This document shows positions 19,702 through 30,438 of a stretch of DNA of 64,000 nucleotides, piece after piece. Both the position numbers and the translations under genes were made by a program. The notes under the pieces are model-generated. The model saw only the letters and a list, made by a program, of their open reading frames with translations. It searched no databases and was not told the DNA's origin. How positions within the stretch are numbered: position 1 is the first letter of the stretch; each line of letters starts with the position of its first letter. The stretch is from Candidatus Heimdallarchaeota archaeon. Its GTDB lineage: Archaea; Asgardarchaeota; Heimdallarchaeia; JABLTI01. The stretch is from contig JABCTZ010000037.1 in NCBI GenBank assembly GCA_018238155.1, forward strand, positions 69,256 through 133,255. The letters are read 5' to 3'.

Positions 19702-22182
19702 TTAGGGTTGAACATTTTTTGGTCCTTTATCTGTTGCAAGCAGAATGTTATGTAAAGCTTGTCTTGCTTGTGTGAAAGAGTTCTTTGAAATCTTATGATC
19801 ACTAAATCGAGATTCTTCATATCGCATTACTATCATAGTAACATCTCTCACAGGAACTCTGTTAGTTGAAGCAATTATACGTGCTAGCTCTCTAGGAGAG
19901 ATTGAAGGAGCATTTGATATACCGAAACTCTTCATACAAATTGACTCAAATGCACGATAACAAAGAACTGAAGCTCGTTTGTAATCTTTTGCGTTCTCAG
20001 ATTCATCAATTAATTTCAATATTGAGTTCAGGTCGTATTGATCGACCCCTACAGCCATTCCAGGTTGGGTCTTCTTTGACTTTCTGAATCGACCGAAAGC
20101 ATAAACAGTTGATATTATTATTATTCCAGATACCATAGCAATTAATATTCCAATCAATATAGGGCCCAAGTTTTCATTGCCTCCATTTGGTGTTGATGAA
20201 CTCACACTTGTAGGTGTAGGCGGATCAGGATATACTTGAAAGTTAACTCTAAAACTAAAGTCAATATTTTCCTTTAAGGTTATTATTATAGAATAATCAA
20301 TATTTGTTAATAAAGTTTCATCACCAGGGAAGAAGTAACTAAAATTACCATTATCTGATAGACTTCTAATAACGCTTTCATATTGCTCAATTGTTATGTT
20401 AACAATTCTATCAACAATCGGTCTACCAAATTGATCCGTTAGAGTTGCTTGGAGTGTATAAGTGGAATTATTATACAATGGATTACCATTAAAGGCATTG
20501 TATTCTGCATCTTCAATAACGCTCGAAGAATTTACCATAACAGCAAAATTAACTGTGGTGAATATATCAAGAGTAAAGCTTGTATTTGAAGAATCAAAAT
20601 AAGTGGTTGATGATGCTTCAATATTTATTGCCCACTGACTAACTACAACTGTAAATGAAAGTGGAACTGTCATTATAATAGTAAAGATTCCAAGAGCAGA
20701 AGTATTGCTATTATAAACTGGACCAGTATCGTTCCATTGTGCTGTTATAGACATTCCCTCAATAACACGATTATCATAAATGTCTCGTAATGTACCAGTT
20801 ACTTCAATAGACTCTCCAGGCATAACCATAATGGTATTAGTAAGAACGTTAGAACTGTTTACTGCTGAATTTCGAATTGTTGAATTTCCTACAACGGTTA
20901 GAATTTTGGTTTCAGTTGTCGCAGTTATTCCTTGCCCTGCAACTACATCAACCCAAATATTATTGTCACCTACAGGAAGATAAGTTCCAATAACTAGAAA
21001 AGTAGCATTAAATAGACCTGTACCACCAGCAGCAACAGATGTGGCTTGTAATGTTGTTGCGGTTTTTGTTGAACCTTGATCAACATAAATCTCAAGATTA
21101 ACAGGGGATGCATACGGATTGCTATTTGTATCTTCTATTAATCCTGTTATTGTAACACTGGTTTCATTACGGAGAATTACAGGATCACCTCCAGGACCAA
21201 GAGCTACTGGTTCGTCGATTGAAAAAGTAATCCCAGCACCGGAAAAGACAGTTATATCCACAGTTTCATTTGCCCAATCTGCAGCAGGAGTACCAATTAA
21301 AGCCTCATTTCTAATATCACCCACAACATAAGAAAGACTTAGAATACTAACATTGAATGAACCTTCTAAGGTATGTTGAGTTAATGGTGTTCCTAGTGGG
21401 ACATTAAATGTTGTATTTGTTATGAAACCCATAATTGTATCATTATAAGTAGACCCTAACCATTCAAAATTAATATCTTTTCCATTGGATTCAGGAATTA
21501 AAGGTAAAGGATCACTGTCATAATATAGCAAACCAGCAACAGCAAAGAAATCAGCTTGTTCACGTACAAGTGTTGTATTTGTAGACATACCCATGTAGAT
21601 ACTTGCATAACATTCTACGCTTTCTGAGATAACCTGTCGATTTTCTTCGATAGGACCCAGTAATGGATCTCCAGGAAAGACTGTATAAACAGTTACTACA
21701 CCAAAATCTTTTGAGTAATCTATATCACGACATAAGATTGAAAAATCACCATTACTATCTGTTCGATCCTCACCAACTAGATAAGCATTCTTTAAACCAG
21801 TTCGATCTGCTTCATAAGCAGCCCAAGAGAAAATTGACCAGAAAATCTCTATTGGTTCATCTGCCCACCCTACACTAGTTATTGGATCTTCTAAGCGACC
21901 TGTAACTACAAATGAATTTCCTCTAATAATAACTGTAGGAGTAATAGTTTTTGGTGAAAAAGATCCTTCTTTGGTTATGCTTTTTTCTCCAAGTCGAGGA
22001 TTTGTTATCTCAGCAGAGAGAGATGTTTTAGCCGAAAATGGTTTCTGTTCAACTACTTGTGAATAATCTTCAGAATAAAATGCAAAATTAGTAACTGTAA
22101 AAGATATACTCATTATTACAATAAAGATAATCGTAACTACCTTTAAGCTAGTTTCATTCCGATTCAAATTATATGTCTCCAA
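19702..22182 (-). CDS. large cell-surface protein with Ig-like repeats and C-terminal DUF4129
   Basis: N-terminal TM, repeated 'VTGxLxD' beta-sandwich units, PT linker, TM, then SPRELAR...YEESRFSDH (DUF4129-like). Confidence 0.8.
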   Translation of the reverse strand: METYNLNRNETSLKVVTIIFIVIMSISFTVTNFAFYSEDYSQVVEQKPFSAKTSLSAEITNPRLGEKSITKEGSFSPKTITPTVIIRGNSFVVTGRLEDPITSVGWADEPIEIFWSIFSWAAYEADRTGLKNAYLVGEDRTDSNGDFSILCRDIDYSKDFGVVTVYTVFPGDPLLGPIEENRQVISESVECYASIYMGMSTNTTLVREQADFFAVAGLLYYDSDPLPLIPESNGKDINFEWLGSTYNDTIMGFITNTTFNVPLGTPLTQHTLEGSFNVSILSLSYVVGDIRNEALIGTPAADWANETVDITVFSGAGITFSIDEPVALGPGGDPVILRNETSVTITGLIEDTNSNPYASPVNLEIYVDQGSTKTATTLQATSVAAGGTGLFNATFLVIGTYLPVGDNNIWVDVVAGQGITATTETKILTVVGNSTIRNSAVNSSNVLTNTIMVMPGESIEVTGTLRDIYDNRVIEGMSITAQWNDTGPVYNSNTSALGIFTIIMTVPLSFTVVVSQWAINIEASSTTYFDSSNTSFTLDIFTTVNFAVMVNSSSVIEDAEYNAFNGNPLYNNSTYTLQATLTDQFGRPIVDRIVNITIEQYESVIRSLSDNGNFSYFFPGDETLLTNIDYSIIITLKENIDFSFRVNFQVYPDPPTPTSVSSSTPNGGNENLGPILIGILIAMVSGIIIISTVYAFGRFRKSKKTQPGMAVGVDQYDLNSILKLIDESENAKDYKRASVLCYRAFESICMKSFGISNAPSISPRELARIIASTNRVPVRDVTMIVMRYEESRFSDHKISKNSFTQARQALHNILLATDKGPKNVQP

Positions 22183-22925
22183 ATAGTTATAGCTTAATAT
22201 TATTTACATCACAGACTATTTTAGATATATCTGAATGAGCAATCATACTATTTATTAGTTGTCTATTACGCATTCGTGAATAATAATTATAATGGTACAA
22301 ATCAATAGACCAGATGGGTGATCGAGAAAAACATCGCAGAAATTTCCGAAGCTTTAACTCGACCAACCAAATACACAATAAACATACGGTTTGGCATTCT
22401 AGGACTCATCTATTATTATCTATTGTGTTCCGGTATTTTCAACGTTCTATCATTTCAAGCACTATTCTCTTCTCTCGGGCAATCAAGAAGATTTCTCGTT
22501 TACTTTGGTGGCTCTATAAAAACTCTACCCGCTACATTGAGTATTTATCCAAAGTAAATTTAGAGTGTGCTCCTAAACAGAACGAGAAGCATAAACTGAT
22601 AGATTACCACTCCTTCCTCTTAAGAATAAAGAGGACAACTCTTCTATTAAAAACTTTACTAGTGCACACATCTTTGCATCTTTTGCAAAGGGATTGTAAT
22701 TGAAAGAAAAGAACACATACACCAAATTGTAATATAATTACAAAACTTTATATACTGTTTTGTGTAATATTAATACAGAAAAGTGTAAAACTTTTACTTG
22801 GAATTGAATAAAAATGATTAATAAAAAGAATAAAGTCAAAGAACAAGTCCGAAAAGACATTGATAGAATACGAATGAAAATGGCTCTGGTAACAGGAGCC
22901 TAATATTAATTTTGAGGTGAAAGTA

Positions 22926-24014
22926 ATGTCAAAAGAAAAAAGAAAGAAAGAATTAGAAAAAGAAATCGAAAAATTACAGAGCAAACTCAGTGGTTTGGAT
23001 GATGGAAAACGAAATGACAATGACGATGTTTTTAATGAAGAAAGAAAAGCTCGCCGTAGAAGAAGATCTGAACATATGGAAACATTAAATCCTGTACCGC
23101 CACTACCACCGAAACATGAGGGTTCACGCAAACACAGAAAAACTGGAAGAGTAGTGAAAGTTATTGGGATCAGCGAAAAAGAAAGAGAACAATTACGTAA
23201 AGAAGCAGAACAACTGAAACAAGAAAAACTTCGTTTAAGAGAAGAAGCTCATAGAATGAAAGAATCTCTGAATGTAAAGAAGCGTGAATTTACTGATTTT
23301 CGTAGAGAATTAAGAGAACGAGAAAATGATCTTAGAGTACGAGAACGCGATTTACGAACTAAGCGTGTTCAAAGTCATAGCTATTCTTGGGACTCGGATA
23401 TTGATGAAGATATGGAGACCTTAACAGATGATCTTGAGCTCCAGCTTGGCGACTACACACGCTCAATTCTGGCATCTGTTGCTCAAAGTCTAAAATCATC
23501 AATGGGAGTAGTTGTGAGAGGAGCAGATGATGTTGGAATGGAAATGAAGCAAGTAGGAATCGAGCTTGATAAAATCGGAAAAGAAATTGGCGAGAAACTC
23601 ACCAAAGAAGTTTATGTGAGTGTAGGAGCAAATATTCCTGAAGATAAACTCGAAGAATTTTATGAAATTGGGTCTACAATTGTAGCGGCTATTGGTGACT
23701 CAAATCGTTTGAAAATTCTCAAGGAATTAGAACGTGGACCAAAGTACCAAAAAGAGCTTAGCGATATAACAAACCTCAGAGGTGGTACGTTTAAGCACCA
23801 CATGGATCGTCTTCTAGCCAAAGAAGTTAAATTTGTCACTCAAGAAGTCGTTCGAGGTAGATATTTGTTAACTACTCGAGGTCGAGAAGCTTTGAAACTA
23901 GCAGAGATGCAATTTAGGCGCTATCTTCAAGAGAAAGAGCGCGAGGATATGTCAGGTTCTCTTAATAAAGACAAACTTGACCTCGATGAGGAATTCGATG
24001 TGGATATTAAATAA
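22926..24014 (+). CDS. coiled-coil protein with C-terminal ArsR-type winged HTH
   Basis: AIGDSNRLKILKELERGPKYQKELSDITNLRGGTFKHHMDRL...RGRYLLTTRGREAL. Long E/R/K-rich N-terminus. Confidence 0.8.
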   Translation: MSKEKRKKELEKEIEKLQSKLSGLDDGKRNDNDDVFNEERKARRRRRSEHMETLNPVPPLPPKHEGSRKHRKTGRVVKVIGISEKEREQLRKEAEQLKQEKLRLREEAHRMKESLNVKKREFTDFRRELRERENDLRVRERDLRTKRVQSHSYSWDSDIDEDMETLTDDLELQLGDYTRSILASVAQSLKSSMGVVVRGADDVGMEMKQVGIELDKIGKEIGEKLTKEVYVSVGANIPEDKLEEFYEIGSTIVAAIGDSNRLKILKELERGPKYQKELSDITNLRGGTFKHHMDRLLAKEVKFVTQEVVRGRYLLTTRGREALKLAEMQFRRYLQEKEREDMSGSLNKDKLDLDEEFDVDIK

Positions 24015-24020
24015 TCTGGA

Positions 24021-24749
24021 GTGTATAAAGCAATGAAATTAGAGTTAATTAACGAGCCCTTACGAACAACTCAAAGAGCGATCATTATAGACCTTGAAGA
24101 TACAATGATCACTATTAGCAAGAGATCACATATTTTTCCAGTGATTGATACACGAACGTATGAAAATATCGGTTATTACCTTATAGGAGATATTTATCTT
24201 GGTTCTGATACTATTGTTAACACTGCTAAAGGCGCTGTAGGAAGCTCCATTGAAAAGCTTGCTCGAGAAGCTTTCATTAAATGTGAAACGATTGATTTCT
24301 CCAATACTAAAGCAGATAACTTGTCTGATAAAGACTTTAGAAAAGTCGAAATCAAAGCTTATCGTCATTTTGAAAAAATCTACAAAAGCCATTTCAATGG
24401 AAAAAGTAACCTTACAATTAACAACAAAAGGTTTGACAAATATAACAAAATAGAGGATCTGGAATTCTACACCTATTTATTCGATCCAGAAGAATTTATT
24501 TTAATTAAGGATAATCACACAATTGTTGCCATCGCCAGTTTAGAAAAAGATGTTATTATCTGTGACAAAAAGAAGAACTCCTATATTAAAGTATCAAAGG
24601 ATACAGGTGTTAAAATTCACAATGATGACGGTCAAGTTGTCAATGTTGATTCAACAGGTGGAATCATTATCAACGGAAAAAATCTTAAAGAAGTGATTTC
24701 AGGAGCATTAAAACCTCTTTCCAACATGTTTGATAAAAACAATCATTAG
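24021..24749 (+). CDS. hypothetical protein, co-transcribed with the ArsR-like gene
   Basis: Long ORF starting 6 nt after the upstream stop. Confidence 0.7.
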   Translation: MYKAMKLELINEPLRTTQRAIIIDLEDTMITISKRSHIFPVIDTRTYENIGYYLIGDIYLGSDTIVNTAKGAVGSSIEKLAREAFIKCETIDFSNTKADNLSDKDFRKVEIKAYRHFEKIYKSHFNGKSNLTINNKRFDKYNKIEDLEFYTYLFDPEEFILIKDNHTIVAIASLEKDVIICDKKKNSYIKVSKDTGVKIHNDDGQVVNVDSTGGIIINGKNLKEVISGALKPLSNMFDKNNH

Positions 24750-24776
24750 AAAAAGGCAAGATACAAGCCTTTTTCA
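24749..24776. terminator. hairpin between convergent genes
   Basis: GAAAAAGGC...GCCTTTTTC inverted repeat. Confidence 0.35.
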
Positions 24777-24796
24777 GTTACTTTTTAACAACGATT

Positions 24797-25561
24797 TTAC
24801 TTTGGAGAAGACTTAATTGCTTTCGCTTCTTTTGCCGCTTTTTTCAAGGTAGTAATTTGTCTTTTCATTTTCTTAATTTCTTTATCATTTTTTGTTACTT
24901 GATCCATCAGTTTAGTGATTTCAGTTGTAAGTGACAAAACTTTATCGTCTAATGATACATATGTCTCAGGTGATTTAATTTCTGTTTGAGTAACAACCTC
25001 TTCCTCTATTGAATCTGTAGGAGGTTGATATGCTTCACTCATCGTCTCTTTACGACGCAAAGGTTTTGGCGTTTTAAGCTGATATCTACCTGTGCTATCT
25101 GAAGTAGCATCAAATTTAGATTTCTCTGGAGGGTGATATTCAATTGAAGATGTTTTACCAGATCTTCTATTAGAGTGAGCAACAATATTCTTAACGTTTA
25201 TTGATTTTGGTACTAATCTTTTTTCTACTTCAACCACAGGTTCCTTTACGTCTATTTCACCATCTTGAGGAACTTGTTCGAGAAGTTCATTCACTACTCT
25301 ATCAACAACTACAGGTGAGATATAAACCTCCTCTGCATCAAGCATGAATCTCAACCCTGTTTCTACTTCTTGGGGTAATTCGTGTAATGATGTCCCTCTT
25401 AAGAGGGTCAATGTCTTGGATTGAATAGGTTGTCTTCCACGCATTAGAAATATGGCATAATATTTTCCATCGATTCCAAATTGGATTGAATATGTGGTTC
25501 CTGGAATTTTAGTTATGGCTTCATTCAAAGTAATACTTCCTTTTGTTACTCTATTGTACAA
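24797..25561 (-). CDS. hypothetical protein: globular N-domain, disordered linker, C-terminal coiled coil
   Basis: Composition, with heptads in LDDKVLSLTTEITKLMDQV...KKMKRQITTLKK. Confidence 0.7.
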   Translation of the reverse strand: MYNRVTKGSITLNEAITKIPGTTYSIQFGIDGKYYAIFLMRGRQPIQSKTLTLLRGTSLHELPQEVETGLRFMLDAEEVYISPVVVDRVVNELLEQVPQDGEIDVKEPVVEVEKRLVPKSINVKNIVAHSNRRSGKTSSIEYHPPEKSKFDATSDSTGRYQLKTPKPLRRKETMSEAYQPPTDSIEEEVVTQTEIKSPETYVSLDDKVLSLTTEITKLMDQVTKNDKEIKKMKRQITTLKKAAKEAKAIKSSPK

Positions 25562-25666
25562 TTTCTCGTATAAATCCCTTCTCTTGTTGACATGAAAATT
25601 TTATTCCTTTTTTTAAGATAAATTGATTAGTTAGAGAGTATATAGATATGAAAATTATCGATTTAG

Positions 25667-26488
25667 ATGCGATGTTTGGTGAAAAAATTGGTAAAAGAAG
25701 AAAATCAACCATATAATCTTTTTAACATAATAAATGATAGACGGTCAATTAGAAAATTTCTCGATAAAGATGTTCCAGAGGATGTTATTGAAGAAATATT
25801 GAAAGCAGGGTTTCGAGCACCTTTTGCTTATCAAATAACGAGTATAGTTTACACTCTTGACAAAGAAAAAATGAAAAAATTGAAAAGAATGGGTCTTTAT
25901 CCTTCCACCAATCTTTTTATGGTATTCTTTTTTGATTTTAATCGAATGGAAAAAATCATTCGAGCTAGAAATTACGAATACAACTTTGATGACAGCTTAC
26001 TCTTGTGGATCGGATTACAAGATGTATCACTTGTAACTGAAAATGTAATTTTAGCTGCTGATGCTCTTGGGTTAGGGTCAGTTCTGCTAGGTGGAGCTCC
26101 TTTGATGGTTGAGCAAATAGCTGAAGTATTTAATGTCCCAGCTAAAGTTTTTCCCGTTGTTGGTTTATGTTTAGGTTACCCTGATCCAGAACATAAGATG
26201 GAAATTCGACCTCGATTTCCATTAAAACATACGGCTTTTAAAGATAAATACATGGAACTCTCTGAAAAGGATTTGAAAGATTGTATGCACTCAATGGATG
26301 ATGGATATATTACTCAAGGTTACTATATTAAACAAAATGCGAAAATTCCTTTAGTAAAAGGAGATGATAATATAGAAATGAGTAGATATTCTTGGTGTGA
26401 GCATATCAGTAGAAAAATATCACAAGGGATGTGGTCTGATAAATCTCTAATTCAATTATTAAGAGAGCAAGGATTCAATTTAGATTGA
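25667..26488 (+). CDS. NfsA/NfrA-type nitroreductase
   Basis: RRSIRKF, AADALGLGSVLLGG, FPVVGLCLGYP, RPRFP. Confidence 0.9.
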   Translation: MRCLVKKLVKEENQPYNLFNIINDRRSIRKFLDKDVPEDVIEEILKAGFRAPFAYQITSIVYTLDKEKMKKLKRMGLYPSTNLFMVFFFDFNRMEKIIRARNYEYNFDDSLLLWIGLQDVSLVTENVILAADALGLGSVLLGGAPLMVEQIAEVFNVPAKVFPVVGLCLGYPDPEHKMEIRPRFPLKHTAFKDKYMELSEKDLKDCMHSMDDGYITQGYYIKQNAKIPLVKGDDNIEMSRYSWCEHISRKISQGMWSDKSLIQLLREQGFNLD

Positions 26489-27112
26489 ATCCAGATTCTT
26501 TTTCCCAAATTGGCAATCTTCTCTTAAAAAACAGCTACTACATAAAGGATTAGTTTTCCTACAATAGGTTTTAGCATGAATTACAAGTAAAGCATGAAAT
26601 TCATTAAAAATGGAGATTTTTTTTTCGATCTTTTTCTCAAAATATTCCTTCCACTTACTTTTACTTTGAAAAGAACCAAGACCTATTCGCTCGCTAATTC
26701 GAATGGTATATGTATCAATGATAAATTCGGGAGTGTTTAACAAGTAAAGTAAAATTGAATCTGCAGTTTCAGCTCCTATACCTTTTACGGCTAATAATTC
26801 TTTTCGAGATGGATTCGGATTTTCAATCCATAATTTGGACAAATTTTTTAGATATATTGATTTTTGATTGAAATATCCCGAGGGTTTTATTTGTTCTTTC
26901 AAAAAATCGTTCTTACTTTGTAGAATTGCATGAGGATTAAGAAGAGATGCTTTACTTAGATTTTTCAAAGCCTTTTCTACATTTTTCCATGAAGTATTCT
27001 GCGTGAGAATAGCACCAATTGCTATCTCAAAACCTTCTCCTGGCCACCAATTTTGATCACCATAGAAAAGATGCATTTTATTGAACAACGATTTTGGATC
27101 CATAATATTCAA
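26480..27112 (-). CDS. endonuclease III-related HhH-GPD DNA glycosylase
   Basis: GAILTQNTSWKNVEKAL, LLAVKGIGAETADSILLY, C-x6-C-x2-C-x5-C Fe-S motif. Confidence 0.9.
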   Translation of the reverse strand: MNIMDPKSLFNKMHLFYGDQNWWPGEGFEIAIGAILTQNTSWKNVEKALKNLSKASLLNPHAILQSKNDFLKEQIKPSGYFNQKSIYLKNLSKLWIENPNPSRKELLAVKGIGAETADSILLYLLNTPEFIIDTYTIRISERIGLGSFQSKSKWKEYFEKKIEKKISIFNEFHALLVIHAKTYCRKTNPLCSSCFLREDCQFGKKNLDSI

Positions 27113-27202
27113 TTAAGCTCTTTAGTAAAATAACTTTAGGGAGAAAAGACAAAACTTTAATCAATAATTTTATCCTTGTGTTTAAAAGAAGGCGAAATAA
27201 AA

Positions 27203-27880
27203 ATGACCACGAAAATATCTATTGTTTATGATGATCAATCCTCAAAAGGATTTATCACTGGTTGGGGATTCTCAGCAGTGATAGAAAGAGATGGCAAAAT
27301 ATTGTTATTTGATGCTGGTTGGGATGGAATAGCATTATTAAAAAATTTAAAAACAGCCAATTTTGATCCGAAAAAATTTAGCCATATTATTATCTCACAC
27401 AAACACTGGGACCATATTGGAGGTTTGAATGCCGTTTTGTATCAAACAAATAATCCAACAGTCTTTGTTCCTTCATCTATCTCATCTCGATTAAAAGCAG
27501 AAATAACCAAATTTGCCGATTTAAGAGAAGTTGTTGATGTAAAAGCAGAAATTACATCAGAAATTTGGACCACACCTCAAATGAAAACGGATATTGCAGA
27601 CCTTCAAGAAATCTCCTTATTAATTCAAACAAAAAAAGGGATAGTAATCATTTGCGGATGCTCACACTCGGGATTAGATAAAATAATCAAAGTTGCTACT
27701 AAATTTGGTAAAGTTCATGCAGTCATTGGCGGGTTCCATGGTTTTGATAAACTAGACTATCTCGAGAGTATAGAAGTAATTATCCCTTGCCATTGTACTA
27801 AAAATAAGAGAGCAATTTTAGAAAAATATCCCGAAAAAAGCATAAAATGTTATTCAGGGTTAGAAATAACCTTTGAGTGA
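27203..27880 (+). CDS. metallo-beta-lactamase fold hydrolase (COG1237-like)
   Basis: LLFDAG, SHKHWDHIGG, GCSHSG, GGFH, PCHCT. Confidence 0.88.
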   Translation: MTTKISIVYDDQSSKGFITGWGFSAVIERDGKILLFDAGWDGIALLKNLKTANFDPKKFSHIIISHKHWDHIGGLNAVLYQTNNPTVFVPSSISSRLKAEITKFADLREVVDVKAEITSEIWTTPQMKTDIADLQEISLLIQTKKGIVIICGCSHSGLDKIIKVATKFGKVHAVIGGFHGFDKLDYLESIEVIIPCHCTKNKRAILEKYPEKSIKCYSGLEITFE

Positions 27881-27974
27881 AAATTTTGACTGTTCTTTAC
27901 AGAAAAAATTAATTAGAATGGTTCTCTATTGTACCGTAATTATTATTTCTTTTTGTAAATTTGGAGACAGAAGA

Positions 27975-28382
27975 ATGAAATCAACAGAAATAGTTAGAAT
28001 AAACGAAAAAGGCGAATTGACTATTCCTGAAGAGATTCGTGATAGTGTTGGAATAGTTGAAGGAATGCATGTATTGTTGAAAATGGATTTGGACAGAAGA
28101 GAAATCCGAATCATTCCATTTACTACTTCGGAAGTAGATTTAGTTGAATTTACAATAACTTTGGCCGATGTTCCAGGTGCTTTAGGTAAATGTGCTACAT
28201 TTCTTGGCGAGAATAAAATTAACATGATGGCAAGTGAATCAAAGATACTTCAAAGTGGTGAAATTGCCGAGTGGATTATCGTTGCAGATATCTCTAATTG
28301 TAAAGCAAATATTAGAGATTTATGTAAAAGGATTGTTAATGAAGGATATGCAAAAAATTCTGTTTGCCGTAGTTTTCAATGA
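27975..28382 (+). CDS. AbrB/MazE-fold DNA-binding domain fused to an ACT domain
   Basis: RINEKGELTIPEEIRDSVGI (AbrB) and LADVPGALGKCATFLGENKINM (ACT). Confidence 0.85.
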   Translation: MKSTEIVRINEKGELTIPEEIRDSVGIVEGMHVLLKMDLDRREIRIIPFTTSEVDLVEFTITLADVPGALGKCATFLGENKINMMASESKILQSGEIAEWIIVADISNCKANIRDLCKRIVNEGYAKNSVCRSFQ

Positions 28383-28404
28383 TCAATCCTATTTTTATAT
28401 TTTT

Positions 28405-28794
28405 TTATTCCATTTCACTTTCGGATTCATCAACTAAGTTTGATATTGGTTCAATAGTAACAAGAGGTTCTTTTTTTAGTCTCTTAGCAGAAGCTACTAA
28501 AACGGTTCCAATAGTAATACCAATTACGGCAAGTATGTATCCTATTATCTGTTCAATTAACAAGGCTAATTCATCAGGTTGTCCAGGATGATAGAAATAA
28601 GTTATTATTACTAATGGAATAATAATGGAACTCAATATAATTAGCAAAATACCAAACAAACGGTAAAAAGTGCTAGAAATTTTGCGTTCTCTCTTGAGAA
28701 TTTGTAGTTGTTCTGAGGTTATTTTGAGTTCATCTGTATCATCTTGATCTATACTTTCAACAGACAGATGATTGCTTTCTTCCAATTTTAGCAC
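28405..28794 (-). CDS. two-TM membrane protein
   Basis: Two hydrophobic helices and acidic termini. Confidence 0.65.
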   Translation of the reverse strand: MLKLEESNHLSVESIDQDDTDELKITSEQLQILKRERKISSTFYRLFGILLIILSSIIIPLVIITYFYHPGQPDELALLIEQIIGYILAVIGITIGTVLVASAKRLKKEPLVTIEPISNLVDESESEME

Positions 28795-28977
28795 CTTTGG
28801 TATTCTATCTAGTAATTTTTAATGATTATGTCTAAAGTACCTCATATATCTCTTTTGACAATTTGCTATTAAACCGATAAAGAATATATTAACGTATAAT
28901 CATATTACATCACTCAGAGAAAAGGTTTATTTCAACTTACATCTCTCTTATTTATAGAATAATTGTGAGGTTGTAAA

Positions 28978-30438
28978 ATGTCAAATAACATTTTAGGAAA
29001 CTTAGAACCGAAGCTTATTTGGGAAATTTTCGAAGAAATAACGACCATTCCAAGACCTTCTAATAAGGAAGAAAAGATTCGTTCTTGGATTAAGAAATGG
29101 GCTAAAAAAAATAATATTACAATTAAAAATGAAGATAAAGTTGGAAATCTTCTTCTTAGAAAAGAAGCAACAAAAGGCTGTGAGAAGTTTCCCACTTTAG
29201 TTATACAAGCTCACTTGGATATGGTTTGTCAAAAGAATGCTGGTGTAGAAATAGATTTTGAGAATGATCCTTTAACTATTGTTCTTGAAGACAATATCGT
29301 TTCAGCGAAAGGTACGTCCCTTGGAGCTGATAATGGTATTGGGATGGCATATGGTTTAGCAGCCTTAGTAGATAGTGAACTAAAACATGGACCTTTAGAG
29401 TTGCTTTTCACAGTTGATGAAGAAACGGGATTAACTGGAGCTTTTGCTCTTAAACCGGGTTTCTTTTCAGGCAAGTATCTATTAAATGTTGATAGTGAAG
29501 AGCTAGGAACAATTACTATAAGCAGTGCAGGCGGAGGAGGAACTGATTTCACTCTACCTATTAATTTTAAAGAGCTTCAAGATTCGCATGCTATGGAAAT
29601 CTTTGTTTCAGGTCTACAAGGTGGTCACTCGGGCATTGATATTGATCTTCCTCGCCTTAATGCAATAAAAGTTGGATTAGACGGATTACTAACACTGCAA
29701 GATGAAAACATTCAGATTAAAACAATAATTGCCGGAACAGCACATAATGCAATTCCAAGAAACTTTACTGCGGGAATCGTTTTTCCAAAAGAAAACAAGA
29801 AAAGTGTCAAGAAAAAACTTAATGACTGGAAAAATAAAACGCTATCAATTGGAAGAGAAGCTGAATCAAAACTTAAAATTGAAATTAAGGATAGTTCTGC
29901 ATCTAAAGCAATTTCTAAAGAGAAAACAAAGGCGGTTCTTGAATTATTAGAGAGTATATTTCATGGACCAATTTCCTTTAGCAAAGAAATAAGCGGTTTA
30001 GTTCAAACATCCAATAATTTAGCAACAGTAAAAATGACAAAAAAAGATATACAGGTGCATGTTAGCACTAGAAGCTCTGTAGATGAAGAAATGAATGAAG
30101 CCCGAGAAAAGCTGAAAAAAGTAGGAGAAGAAGTAGGATTTATCGTAAAATTAGATAAGGCATATCCTGGATGGAGACCTGATACTAAATCACCTTTTCT
30201 GAAACTTGTTCAAGAGAAATATGATGAAGTGACTCAAACTCCAACTAAATTAATTGCAATTCACGCAGGATTAGAGTGCGGTCTTTTTCTTGCACTGGAC
30301 TCCAATTTACAAGTGGCGTCTATAGGTCCAAATATCAAAAATGCTCATAGCCCAGACGAATATGTTGAAATTACTAGTGTAGGAATAATTTGGAATGTAA
30401 TCAAAAAATTAATTGAAAACATGGGTGCCTTAAACTAA
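28978..30438 (+). CDS. pepD: aminoacyl-histidine (cytosol non-specific) dipeptidase, M20C
   Basis: QAHLDMVC, LGADNGIG, TVDEETGLTGA, NVDSEE, GGHSG, HAGLECG, AHSPDE. Confidence 0.95.
   Translation: MSNNILGNLEPKLIWEIFEEITTIPRPSNKEEKIRSWIKKWAKKNNITIKNEDKVGNLLLRKEATKGCEKFPTLVIQAHLDMVCQKNAGVEIDFENDPLTIVLEDNIVSAKGTSLGADNGIGMAYGLAALVDSELKHGPLELLFTVDEETGLTGAFALKPGFFSGKYLLNVDSEELGTITISSAGGGGTDFTLPINFKELQDSHAMEIFVSGLQGGHSGIDIDLPRLNAIKVGLDGLLTLQDENIQIKTIIAGTAHNAIPRNFTAGIVFPKENKKSVKKKLNDWKNKTLSIGREAESKLKIEIKDSSASKAISKEKTKAVLELLESIFHGPISFSKEISGLVQTSNNLATVKMTKKDIQVHVSTRSSVDEEMNEAREKLKKVGEEVGFIVKLDKAYPGWRPDTKSPFLKLVQEKYDEVTQTPTKLIAIHAGLECGLFLALDSNLQVASIGPNIKNAHSPDEYVEITSVGIIWNVIKKLIENMGALN

Noticed and set aside
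22314-22703. 129-aa and 79-aa plus-strand ORFs
   Set aside because: Atypical composition, mutual overlap and no motifs.
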